Origin: Flaccisagitta enflata
Taxonomy: Eukaryota
DNA: 64,000 nucleotides
Direction: 5' to 3'
Assembly: GCA_965153355.1 (NCBI GenBank)
Contig: OZ231126.1
Location: 21,886,001 to 21,950,000 of the forward strand
Every line of letters begins with the position of its first letter. The first letter of the stretch is position 1. The notes beneath the pieces are model-generated. The model searched no databases, had not been told where the DNA came from, and was given only the letters and a program-made list of their open reading frames with translations. Below, piece after piece: positions 13,313 through 27,118 of the stretch. Made by a program: the position numbers and the translations under genes.

Positions 13313-14577
13313 GTAGCTAGAAGGAATGTTGAAAAAAAAACGACTTTTTGAAACGTAGGGTAACAAAAAAGTTTTTTTTTCAATTTGATTTAGTCAATTT
13401 TAGCGAGTTTATCCATTTTCCAACCAGGAATAAAATTTTTTTTTAATCAAAAGCTAAGAAAGAACTAGATTTTCTTCTTCAAGCGGGACCAACCAGCAGA
13501 ATCTATGATAATTATTTATTGAGTCTGAAATAGGCCCTCTCTGGCCTCAAATTGACCTTAAATGAGCCCTTCCAGGTCTTCAAGAACTCAAATAAATTCA
13601 CAATCTTCCAATCAGCCCTCCCAGACTCCAAATATGCCCACCCTGATCATAAAGATGCTCAGCGAAACCTCAATTCATTCCCCAGGCCTCAAGTCATCCC
13701 TCTCAGTCATCAAGCCCGACCTCCCAGGCCTCAAGTCAGTTCTCTCAGGCCTAAAATTAGCCCCCTCAAGCCTTCCCCTTACATACATAATTCGAAGGCC
13801 GCAAATTAACTCTTCAAGGCCTCAAATTAACCTTCCCAGGCCCAGAATTACTCATCCAAAACCTAACTAGTAGCTTGTACCTAAATGACTAAAAGCAATA
13901 AAATCAGAATTCTACAAGTAGTTTTACAAAATGTCTGTTTAATGACACTTGGTCTGAAAATTTGCATCTGTTATCAGCATCTTTTTTCTTCAGTTAAAAC
14001 TAAAATTAAATCTTTATTTGACTGCATTTGAAATTGCAGAAAAACTGTTAACTAAAAGTGCTTTCCTTTTTTCAATATTCCCTCGGGATCATAATCAAAA
14101 TTCATCTTAAAGATATAAAAAAGTAAGTTCAGTAATTTACATAATAATAAATATATGCAGAAAGTTTTCAAACTTTGACACTTATTTTGAAGACCTTCAT
14201 TTTAATATTGAAAAAAGGAAAGTACTTTCAATTAACAGTTTTTTCTGCAGATTTCAAATCTGCAGTCAAAACAGAGATTTAAGCACTTTGAAATTTTTGG
14301 TTTCCCATAGGCTGAAGGAAAATTCAAGGTAAGGCGCGGACAGCAAGATGCAATTTTTTCAGACCAAAAGTGATGTCATTGGAAGCCCAAGACAGCCCCA
14401 CAATAAGAACTACTTGTGGAATTCTGATTTTATTGTTTATTGTCATTTCGGTACAAGCTACTAACTAGTCATCCAAGGATCGCACATGGTCAGCGGTACC
14501 CGATGCCCTGCTAGAAGTGATTAGATGCAGAGGTGGAGTGAGAGCAGGGCAGCGGCCCCAAAGGCCCGATGTCCTGA

Positions 14578-15164
<587 letters not shown>

Positions 15165-16716
15165 CTTCCTGAGAAGGCACATTTGAGGCTTTTGGGGCTA
15201 CTTTCCTTGTTATCAATGAGAACTTTGAATTTTTTCTATTTCATTGTCAATTTTCCATGTTATTCAACATAAATTTTGCATTTATTTCAAAATTCTGTCA
15301 ATATTCCATGTTATTCAATAGGGATTTCCCATAATTCTATCTTCTAGTAAATTTTCCATGTTATTCAATGGGAATTTCATATTTTTTTCTTTATCAATTT
15401 TCTATCTTATTCAATGGGAACATGAGGCTCAGAAGCTTTGGCGGGGGGGGGGGACGGACAGAAGTACGGACGGATGGACATACGTGTAGATGGACGTCTG
15501 GAGATTCACCCCTGTGTCCAACAGGACATTGGCCCTTTGGGGCTGCTGCCCAAAAAGAGGACCTAACAGGCCTCCCAGCCCCTCAAGCCTTAAGATACAC
15601 CCTCTCAAGCCTCGAGTACTCCCAGTCTTTTATGACCTTCAATCAGGCCCTGAAGGCCCCAAACCTTTAGCAAAATCACACAAGCCTAATTTCAGCTCTC
15701 AAGCTTCCCATCAGCCTTCCAAGGTCTTGCGTGATGTTAAGTATTCTCAGCCAAACATCAAAACACCCCCAAAGATCTTGAGCCAGCTCTCTCAGGCCTC
15801 AAGATAGCCCTCCTATGCCTCAAGTCAGCCCCCTCGGCCCTCACGCCCCAAATCAGCTCCCTTATGCCTAAGATAAGCTCTTTGGCCTTAAATCAGCCCC
15901 CAGGCCTCAAAGCAGCCCTCTCAGGCATTATGTTGACCCTCCCTGGCCTCAGATACCTCTCATGCCTCATGATAGCTCTACTAGGGCTTTATCAGCCGGT
16001 TGAACCCTCCAATCAGACTTCCCAGGCCTCAAATCAAACCTTTAGCCCGCCCTCCCACGTCACAAGCAAGCCCTCTCATTTTACAGCTTGTCTGAGAGTA
16101 ATCAAAGGTTATTGGCGTCTCCGGGGCCGCTGCCTCGTTAACCTAGATGCAATGTCTAGTATCCTAGTAGATGAGAAATAATGGCATTGGGAAACACTAA
16201 GCGACTTGTTTTGAATGTGATATTCAATATCCCTTTTCCTGTCATCATAAAGATTTATCCATTAGACATAAACGTTAAGGAAATGGGAACCAACTAGGCT
16301 TGAGATTCGGTGATTCACCAACCGAAAAAACGGTGGAGTGAATGCCAATTTTCACTGATTCAGTGATTTGGATTTTTGGTTTTTCACCGTTTTTATCTCA
16401 TTTCCCCAACTGCCCTTCATTTTGCTGAAAATGCTATCATATTCAAGAAAGTGCGCATGTTAATCATTGAAATTTGCAGGAAAAAATTCATTAGTATCTA
16501 AAACCCTTATTCTACAGTTACCATGGTGACAAGGTAGCAGTGTCTGATACCAGTTTTACAACTTTTTGTTTTTCCAAGCTTAAGAAATAGCAACAATATC
16601 TTTAGTTCAAGATATTATGTTTTCCCTCACTGTTTGTATTCATTGAGCATGTCACTGCTGTCAATTATGTTATCAATTAAAGTCCAATAATGAAAGACAG
16701 AAGAAGTACAAGAAAG

Positions 16717-17018
<302 letters not shown>

Positions 17019-17029
17019 AAATGGAAGTA

Positions 17030-18002
17030 ACCATGCCAAAGAAAAAAATTGCACACTTACCTTTTAACACACGCCCCTTCGCTCTCTGTATAGTAAACTA
17101 TAAAAAATCAGTGACCGTTAGAAAGATATTCAAAAATTCTTTAAATCTAGACCAAGCAGAATGTTGTAGCTTTTTCTGTTTTGAAATGACAACTAAATGA
17201 AGTTAATAACTCCACTTCACTCAAAACCAATCAATCAATCATAAGAATTTTCCTCTTTTTCATATGTATCAATGTAAATAATGACCTAAACTCAAAAAAA
17301 TTCATGAGTAAAAAAAAATTTAGAAAATTTTGTTTCAAAATGGCGCCAAGCACAAATTTGTAACTTAATCCGTTTAGAAGTTATGATTATATGAAAGTGA
17401 ATGGTACAGTTCAAGGGGATGTGTGAAAACGCTCTTTCTGGCAGTAAGCAGAATTGACATTTTTACTTCATATCATTGTAGTTTCTAAAGTTTTTGAGCT
17501 ACAACGCTCTGACACCACTCAATTGATAGATTTTTTTAAGCTCTTTAAAATGCTCACTGATTTTTTATAGTTTCACCTCCTATGAACAAACCAAGAGTCG
17601 TCAAAAAGTTGTGCAATTTTTAGTCGCGTGCACGCAACTCTACAACCCGCTTTGTCCGTCGGTCAGTGGGTCGGTCGGTTGGTCGGTCGGTTGGTCACAC
17701 TTTACTTTTTTTATCACTTTTATTTTTTTGAGTTATTTTTAGTCATTCAAAGTAATTTTAAGGCATTTTAAGTCATTCTAAGTCATTCTAAGTCATTTTA
17801 AGTCATTTTAAGTTATTGTAAGTCACTCTAAGTCATTTTTGGTCATTAGGTCATTCCATCATTTTAAGTCCTTATTGGTCATTTTAAGTTATTTTAGGTC
17901 ATTTAAAGTCATTCTAAGTCATTCTTAGGCATTCTAAGTCATTCTAAGTCAGAAAGTCTTGCACGCGACTTATAGGTGTTGGCCTTGTTTTTTTGGCATG
18001 GT
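17030..18002. mobile_element. TA-TSD MITE (ACCATGCCAAA termini) with a HINE (about 17619-17989) inserted in its right TIR
   Basis: TA|ACCATGCCAAAG...TTTGGCATGGT|TA; an uninterrupted inverted copy lies at 26129-26732. Confidence 0.8.
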
Positions 18003-18716
18003 TAGCAGAACTGACTGAGTTAAGAAAACACGTTGTCTCATTCAAAGGTATAAATCACCTTTTTCTCAGAGTAAATCTGTATGGGAACAGGATATGGGAT
18101 TTTCCTCTGTTTGGTAGCACCAGGAACCTATTCACTTCCAGCCTATTCAAAGAAGAGACTGAGATGCTTAATTTTTCATGTGTAAACATTCAGACAAAAA
18201 CCAATGATTGACAAGTCTTAACATGCACATTTTTTTAAGTTGTGGACATGCAACTCTATAAGAGGCTTTGTCAGTCTGTCGGTTCATCTGTCAGCATGAG
18301 TCAAAAAGTGAGAATGCTTTTGGCATAAGTATGAGTGTGTCTGGGGGGTTGGGGTGTAGATGGGGGTTGGATGCCTCTGCCCACCCGTTCGCAACAATAT
18401 TTGTGACCCACATCACTTGTTGATCTTTATTTAGGTCTTTTGCTCAATTTAAAAAAAAACTATTCAATTTAGCACTTCTTTTTTTCACTACATTGGTAGT
18501 TATTTGGTTAGGTATTAATTGTGCTCAAGGTTTATACAGCATGATACATCTGAACAACCCCATAAGCAGATGCAGAGTAAAAATCACTGAAAAAAACCGA
18601 AAAACGGTGGTGGCAAGGGAAAATCCCTGAAAATTGGTGGTGATTGAAAACCCGAGTCACTCTCAACTCTAGAACCAACCCCATGCATATCTTCCCTTCC
18701 CGTCCTTACTATTAAG

Positions 18717-19357
18717 GCTTCGTAGGCAACAATCGATGGTTGACGCTGTTTATCACTGCCGCCCGCGCCGCCGCCGTTTCCAGCCTCCGTGGCGCTCAAA
18801 ATTTGCTCCGCAAATCCACGCACCGGATTCTGACCGAGACGCTGCTTTTAGGCGTTGTCGCCGGCGGCGTCGTGTCCCTCGTAAGGTGGGTCATTTTTCG
18901 TGAATTGATGACGCGGGGCCACGCGATCGGCGCCACTGTATTTCTCCTTGTTTACTTGGGCGTCATCATCGCCGTCATGACGACTTTGGCGGCGTTTATT
19001 CTCTACAAAACCGGAAGATGTCGTTGTTGTCGCGGCGTTGACGACGACAACGACGGTGGCGGGAATTTCATCTTTTCGTCTTCGTCATCCATAGAACAAT
19101 TTTCGAATTTAGTCGCGTCCGTGGCGATCGTTTATTGCTTATGTCAAATTCCGTTTATCATCGATTATTTCAGTTCTCTATTTCGAAAGAATCAAGGAAG
19201 AATCAAAACTTTGGCTATCTTGACCAATTTCATGATAATGGCCAATTCCACTTTTAATCTATTCATCTATCTCGCTTTTTCTCGTAGCTTTAAAAGGGCC
19301 TTTGTCAACTTCTGCACTCGCTTCCGATGCGAATCTAGTCAATCTAACGACTCATAG
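18717..19357 (+). CDS. Class A GPCR, exon 2 of 2 (TM3-TM7, helix 8)
   Basis: Acceptor CTTCCCTTCCCGTCCTTACTATTAAG|GC joins exon 1 in phase (G|GC = Gly), giving ALTGFVGNNRWLTLFITAARAAAV. TM6 YCLCQIPF; TM7 ANSTFNLFIY; helix 8 SRSFKRAF. Total CDS 1152 nt, 383 aa. Confidence 0.88.
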
Positions 19358-19533
19358 TCATGTATCACTAAATCACTAAGAAGCATTAGTTAGTCGAAGA
19401 TTTTTCAACCTAGATTTCAACCATTGGTTCAAACTACCTGATCTATTTATTCACAATATTCTTTTTCTTTTCGCTGCAATGTACCAAATCAAATAATGTG
19501 ATGAATTCTCATATGACAGCATCGATGCCGTTA

Positions 19534-20124
19534 CCCCGTGTTCAATCTCAAAGTGGGAAAAGTAAAAAGCTTACAATACTCAACGCAACCAATCAGTGAT
19601 TTCAAATCATTTCCCTCTTGTAGAATTATGATTGACGTTTTTTGTATGAAAATTTCATTGATCTAGCCTTAATAGTTTATCCACAACATCAATTTTAAGT
19701 AAAACAAGTATGTAAAGTTTGAGCTTAAAAAACCTTCATTTTAATCATGATAGTTTTTCCTGAAAATGCTCTAATTTCTAAACGGTCTGAGCTAAAAATG
19801 CCAGATTGGTCTCAAATGAAGTATAATTTGAACATGCTTACATCTGAAACCAATCTGGCACCTGTCATCAAGCCGTTTGAGAATTAAAGGCAAAACATTG
19901 AAAAACAGTGTTGATGAAAATATGCGTTTTTGAGCCTCAACTGTAAACACTTGTTTTACTTCAAATTGATGTTGTGGGCTAACTATTTAAGCTAGACCAA
20001 TGAAATTTGTACACAAAAAACGTCAAATATATAACTACAAGAGAAAAATAGTTTGAAGTCACTATCTAAGTGCATTTAGAAATGTAAGCTTTTTAGTTTT
20101 CCCACTTTGAGATTGAACACCCTG
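19534..20124. mobile_element. Tc1/mariner-like foldback MITE
   Basis: TA|CCCCGTGTTCAATCTCAAAGTGGGAAAA...TTTTCCCACTTTGAGATTGAACACCCTG|TA; palindromic over almost its whole length. Confidence 0.8.
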
Positions 20125-23100
20125 TATGAGATGCTCCTTATTCAGTTAAACCTCGCTCTGACGGACCCGCCATCAACGGAATTCATGGATGCAAATTCTT
20201 AAATTCATAATCCCTTCAACGTGTTTCTTCTAATTTCTTATCGTGGCTCAAAAGGAATTCTGCTTAAAACAGATAAAGTTTTTTTTTCATAGCATCCTTT
20301 AGAGCGGGATTTTGCTGTACTAATCTCAGAAAAAAAGGTTTCCACTTGAAAACAGCTTTGATGAGTGCTCCATAACAAAGTAAAGCGCAAACCCAGATTT
20401 GTATAATTTTGAGGAGTTTGAACAATTCTTAAAGATGGGACCGAGCTAAAATGATGTTGCTTTACTTGTTTAGGAGCAAATTTCTTTCAGAGTTCTTTTT
20501 AGAAGGAAACTTTTTTGGGGGTAAGTCGGTAAGACAGTATGTTCCGGCTATTTTCTGTAACACGGGACGTTTGCTGAGCTTCTTTTGGGATGAAGCATTG
20601 GGAAAAAAGTTGACTGTAATTTTCAATGAAATTTAACGTTTCAATAGCTCATAGTGGTACATGTCGCTTACAAACAATTGATTATATCAGTCCGTTAATT
20701 GGCCAACTTAAGAAAAAAAAGTCAACCATACAAACCTACGTTTTTGTTTTCCTCGAAAAATGATAAAGCCCCGAAATAGAAGCTCCGAAATAGAAAAATG
20801 AAACATCATGAATTGTGCAAAAAAGAACTAGATTTTGTGATTGAAAAAAATAACGCCGATACTTTTCTTGAACTGATAACGTCTAGATGTTCCTTCAACA
20901 GTAAAGCACACATCAGTTCCGTGACTTGGTCAGTGTAACCAAGCCAGATCACCACTACCTGTAACAACACAGTCGCAACATCAGGACGACTTCTTTTTTG
21001 AACGCTCTATCGATGTTTTACCGGACTAATATTTTTTTCTACAAAATTAATTTTTTATCCTCTTTTCCTACTGTGACGGGAGTTTCCTGTATAAGAATTT
21101 TGGTGAAAACATCAGTCGTTAAAAACCGGTACCTCTTTAGTGAGATGCAATACTAAGCTGGTTAAGCACTGTAAGACCTGAAATAGCGATAACGACCTTT
21201 TCTCTGCCGCATAGAAAAACATCATTATTTCGGGATTTGAAATACCAAGAGTCCAAGACTGACAATAATTACGCGGACAAAATGGATTGTACTCGCCTGT
21301 GGCTGTACACTTGTGAATTGAGCAATATAACAATGCTGTTTGCAGATCTTTTTTACAAAAAAAAAAATTTATCTATCCTAAATAACGCTGTAGTTCAAAG
21401 AATAAGGTGTAAATTTGTATTTCTATGGTGTTCAATAGTTGTAGTTTTGTTTCAGGTATTAGGTTTAAAAAGAAATTTTGTGAGGGTTGTCGGAAAATGC
21501 CCCGAAGTTGTCCAATGAGTGTCCAAATGTTCCTTTATCAACCTCAAGGTGCGGCCACAGAGTCGGCAGATGAACCAGGGTGAACGAGATGAACAAGTTT
21601 GGAGCCTCCACGCTGGAATTGAAGCCTTGAGATTGGGGTTGGAGCCTTAGGGCGGGGTTAGCGCTTCGAGGCTGAAATTCGAGCATCGAGGCAGGGATTG
21701 GAGCCTCGAGGCTGGGATTGGACCCTCTAGGCTGGGATCAGAGCCTCATTTGCTGAGGTTGGAGCCTCTAGGCTGGGATTGGAGCCTTGAAGCTGGGATT
21801 GGAGCCTTGAAGCTGAGATTTGAGCCTTGAGGCTGGAATCAGGGCCTCAAGGCTATGATTGGGGCCTCGAGGCCGGGTTTGGAGAGGGAGGAGGAGGGGG
21901 AGGAGGAGGAGAAAATCTACCATATGTGTGAAAGCATAGGTTATCGGCCCTTTCTGGGCCGTTGCCCAAAAAGGAGGAAGGAAGAAAGAGAGGAAAGACA
22001 GAAAGAGAGAAGGAAGAAGGAGGGAAGGAATGGAAGAAAGGGAGAAAGAGGGATAGAAGGGAGGAAGGGAGTAAGGAAGGAAGGGAGGAAGGAAGGAAGG
22101 TTAGGAGGGAAGGAAAGAAGGTAGGAAGGAATAAATGGAACATAGGGAGAAAGGAAAAGAATGACAATTTTATTAGTTATTTTTATATTTTTTTGTTATA
22201 AACAAATATAAAACAGTTACTGTCATAATTAACTTTATTCATACTGTACTTCCATTATTTCAGTGAACAAAACGTAATCATGAGAAAATCATAGAAAAAA
22301 GATTAAGGACACATTAAGAACATTTTAGCCTGAAATCCGCAAAAATTTAAGGACATCCCAGCCTCAGAAAAAAATCTACTGGTCTTTATAAAAAAAAGAG
22401 TGTACCACGCATGAGGAAAATTGTTCCATTGTTTTTTTCTTTATGACGATTTTTGCCACGTGGTATGTTTGCTTGGAAACAAATGACTAACGTTTAGTTG
22501 CTGAAGCATGGTGACATAACCAGAATGAAATTAGCCTTGAATGTTTAAAAATATATTCAAGTATCAGCGTCGTTCATTGGAGGGTAACAAAAGGGGTATT
22601 TGTGCTTCCAAAATCGCCAGGTCCCCCTTGGTTCTCAAGACCGGGTGAAGAGCACACGCACTTTTTTCTAGTGGGTAAATGTCACGGTTCAAAGACATTC
22701 ATAACTACCCAGGGCACAATTTCAAACCATTTTTTGTGACCCTCCCTATCCCTAGGGGATCTAAAAATTTGGTCAATAGGCTCTTTTTGGCTTGTCTCCA
22801 TTCCGTCTCCAGTAGAAAATAGCAAGCAAAACAAATAAAAAAATGTCTTACCAGTAACGGCGGCTGTCGCCGTGAGGAAAAAAGTCGTAAGCAGTAGTCA
22901 TTTTTCACCAAGCTTTCATTTTCTGTCACTGCAAATCTTTTTATTTGTTAGATCAAATCAAGAGCAATTGTATGTATTGATTGCACTGGAAATCAGAGAA
23001 AAATAGGCCTTATCCAAATGAGCTAGATGAGCTAAAATCAATCAGACAACCAGCTAAGCTTATTGACATACTTTCTTGTATTTGCATGATCACTTCAAAA

Positions 23101-24515
23101 CATTCATTTATTCCATTAAAAATTAGAAAAAAAAAAGACTGAGCTAAATGAGCTAAGAGAGCTAGAATACTTAAAAACACCCTCACAAATGAGCAGCTCT
23201 GCTCACTAACATGCTTTTTTCTATTTGCATGCTCAAATATATATCAAAACATTTATTCATTTTTTGCATTTTAAATCCAAAAATCAGACTGAGCTAATTA
23301 AGCTAAATGAGTTAAAATGCTCAAAAACACACTGACAGATGAGCAGTTATGCTCATAAACATGTTTTATTGAATTTGCATGTTCAAACAAACTTGAATCC
23401 ACTCCTTTATTGATCCTACTTAAAATCACAAAAAATCGAAAAAAAATTCAATTTGAATTTTTCGTAAATAAATCTTTAAAAATTCATAACGCGTAAAATA
23501 TTTGCCATAGAGCATTCTGCTTGGCGCCAAATGAAAGAGAATAATCAAATTTACCTACCCTATCAATTTCATTGGAGGGCTCATTCGGTCGATCGAGACC
23601 CTCAATTTTCCCAAAAGCAAATAAAAACCTTGTTTCTCTCGAATATGTCAAATAGTCGAAGACTGACTTCGACTTTTTTCCCGATTATATGATATAATGA
23701 GTTTTCATTGACCACTTTCAATCCCACAGTATACACAAAAAATTTCAACTCATTACTCAAATGATAAGTTATCAAAAAATGGTATAAAAATCAAATTCCC
23801 CCCCCCCCCTCAATTTTTTTGCTTTTTTTCTCTAAGAACTGAACGTTATAGTATTTATTTTTTTTAACCTCATTCTTCTTGAACATTAAGCATTTTTTTA
23901 GTCGCGGACAAGCGACTCTATAAGAGGCTTTGTCCGTCCGTCTGTCCGTCCGTCCGTCCATCGGTCCGTCGGTCCGTTGGTCCGTCACGCTCGAGTCGAA
24001 AAGGGGGAAAACACGCATTTTCGCCCCTGCCCACCCGTCCGCGACTGGTATTGGCCGTGTATCCGGCCTTGTTCTTTTGCAAACCATGTGAAAGAGCGTG
24101 AAATTTTCAATCTTCTCTGAAAATTTGAAGTCTTAACTCCTAGGCGTTTAGTCACAATGAAAATGTATATTTTGTTGGTCCTGAAAGTGTTGCAGAATTT
24201 AATCATCATAGTTATTATTTTCTTTGTGGAATTCAAGATTTTGCGGACTTTGAAGGAAAAAAATACAATTTGTCGAATTTACAAAAATGTCCATATCTCA
24301 TGAACCCTTTGAGCTATACCAATGATATTTTGCAGGAAAATAGATTTTACTAAAAGACACCAGGAGAAAAAATTTGGTATTCTGACGATGAGTCTAACCA
24401 GCCCAACCAGCCCAACCAACCTACCAGATGAAAAAATGAAAAAGTGGCATAACTTGAATGAGTTTGCCGATTTGGTTGAAATTTTGCATGAAAGTTGTTG
24501 AAGAGTATCTAACCA

Positions 24516-25106
24516 TAGCACAAAAAAAAACGGAACAAAATGTTTTTTAAAGATTAAGATTTATCCAATAAAAACAACGTAGCAAAATCTGTGACCGTTT
24601 GAAAGCTCTTCAAAAGATCTTCAAAATGAGACCATGCTGGTTATTCTGTCTTTATTCGTTTAGAAATGACATAACAATAAAGAAGAGGTGGTCATGAACG
24701 TAAAAGTTGAAATCATAGAAGTCGTTTCTTTTTTATATTTGTTAATAACAATAGAAAAAATTAATAATTCAAACTTTTTTCTTAAGTGATTTTAAAGATT
24801 TTCGAATTTTCTTTCATTCAAGACCAATCCCAGATCTGTATCTCAAACGGTTTAAAAGTTACAGCTTGTCAAAGTTAACTACTTTATTTTCAAAACCTTT
24901 TTATTCAATCTGGCTGCTTATTGAAGAGGGCAATGTTTTCATTCATTCTTATGCCATTTCTAAACGAATAAAGCTAGAGTGACCAGCAACGTCGCATATG
25001 AAAGATCTTTTGCAGAGCTTTCTAACGGTCATGAATTTTCTATACTTAGAGTCTTCGCTTTAGCAATAAATCATCGAAACAAGTTGTTCCGTTTTTTTTT
25101 GTGCTA
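24516..25106. mobile_element. MITE with TAGCACAAAAAAAAACGGAACAA TIRs
   Basis: Inverted termini seen directly; a diverged partial copy lies at about 62040-62315. Confidence 0.65.
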
Positions 25107-25789
25107 TAGTTACACTGTAGAGTTGGGAGAACTTATGTCGTGACTGTCGGAAACGACAGTCACACCCCATGGTGTCGATCACTCAACATCATGGTCAAAA
25201 ACCGTCACAACCTACTGACTGACTGACAGACAATAACTAGTCATCCAAGGATCGCACATGGTCAGCGGTACCCGATGCCCTGCTTGGAGTGATCAAGTGA
25301 AGTAGTGGACTGAGAGCAGGGCAGCGGCCCCAAAGGACCGATGTCCTGTAGGACACAGGGGGTAATTTCCAAACGTCCTGAGGGGGAATATATAAGGCCT
25401 AAGAGGGATTTGAGGTTTAGGGGGAAGATTTTGGGCCTGAAGATTAGATATGAGATCCGGGGGTAGGCTTGAGGCATTAGGGGCAGATTGGAGGCCTGGA
25501 GTGCTGATTCGAGGCCTGGAATAATGATTTTAGGGCTGGAGAGCAGATTTGAGGCCTGGAGAGCTGATTTGAGAGCTGATTTGAGGCCTGGAGAGCTGAT
25601 TTGAGGTCTGGAGGGCTGATTTGAGGCCTGGAGGCTGATTTGAGGCTTAGAGGCCTAAATCAGGCCTGGAGAGTGAGGACGAGGCCTGATGGCCACCGGG
25701 GACGGACGGAAGGACGGACGGACGGATTGACGTTTGGAAATTACCCTGTGTTCCTACAGGACATCGGCCCCGGGGCCGCTGCCCAAAAA

Positions 25790-25856
<67 letters not shown>

Positions 25857-26128
25857 TAGATGGAGACAGACAGACAGAGACAAGTATTTGTTTGTATAAC
25901 AAAAACAAGGCCGGATACACGGCCAATACCAGTCGCGGACGGGTGGGCAGGGGCGAAAATGCGTGTTTTCACACTTTCCAACTCGATCACCACGGACCGA
26001 CCGACCAACCGACCAACCAACGGACGGACGGACGGACAAAGCCTCTTATAGAGTCGCTAGTCCGCGACTAAAAACTGGTTTGGCAAATGATGACAAAATT
26101 CCCTAAAGTTTTTTTAGATGATCCATTA

Positions 26129-26732
26129 ACCATGCCAAAAAAAAAATTGCACAACTTTTTGACGGCTCTTGGTTCGTTCATAGGAGGTGAAACTAAAAAA
26201 AATCAGTGAGCATTTTAAAGAGCTTCAAAAAATCTATCAATTGAGTGGTGTCAGAGCGTTGTAGCTCAAAAACTTTAGAGACAACAATGATATGAAGTAA
26301 AAATGTCAATTCCGCTTACTGCCAGAAAGAGCGTTTTCACATATCTTTTTGAACTGTACCTTTCACTTTCATTTAATCATAACTTCTAAACGGATTGAGT
26401 TACAAATTTCTGCTTGGTGCCATTTTGAAGAAAATTTTCTAAATTTGTTTTTCCTCATGAATTTTTTTTAATTTAGATCAGTACTTAGATTGATATGTAG
26501 GAAAAAGAGGAAAATTCTTATAATTGATTAATTGGTTTTGAGGGAAGTGTAGTTATTAACTTCATTTAGTTGTCATTTTAAAATAAAAAAAGTTACAACA
26601 TTCTGCTTGGTCTAGTTTTAAAGAATTTTTGAATATCTTTCTAACGGTCAGTGATTTTTTATAGTTTACTATACAAAGAGCGATACGGTATGTGATTAAA
26701 GGTAAGTGTGCAATTTTTTTCTTTGGCATGGT
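26129..26732. mobile_element. TA-TSD MITE, inverted copy of 17030-18002
   Basis: TA|ACCATGCCAAAA...CTTTGGCATGGT|TA; the internal sequence is the reverse complement of the intronic copy. Confidence 0.85.
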
Positions 26733-27118
26733 TAAGTGTGGACGTCCGTCCGTTGGTTGGTTGGTCAGTCGGAAACGCTTTCATTCTACAATCTGAACTT
26801 CATTTAATCATTCATTCATTCATTCATTCATTCATTCATTCATTCATTCATTCATTCATTCATTTAAACATTTCTTAAGACGCGAGGCATACATCAGTGA
26901 CTGAAACTGACACTGAGAGTGAGACTGGGAGGGAACCATTTTTCAATGAGCACGTCATACAGTCTGCTGCAAAATGCAGAAACGAAACGGAAATGGCATG
27001 ACGGCAACATCATTTAGCAGAGACGGTGTCGAAACTTATGAGAAGACATTTGAGGAAAACGAAACTTGAAATAACCAATTAGTTTTTAGCCAGTGTCGAT
27101 GATCTCTAATCTACAGTA

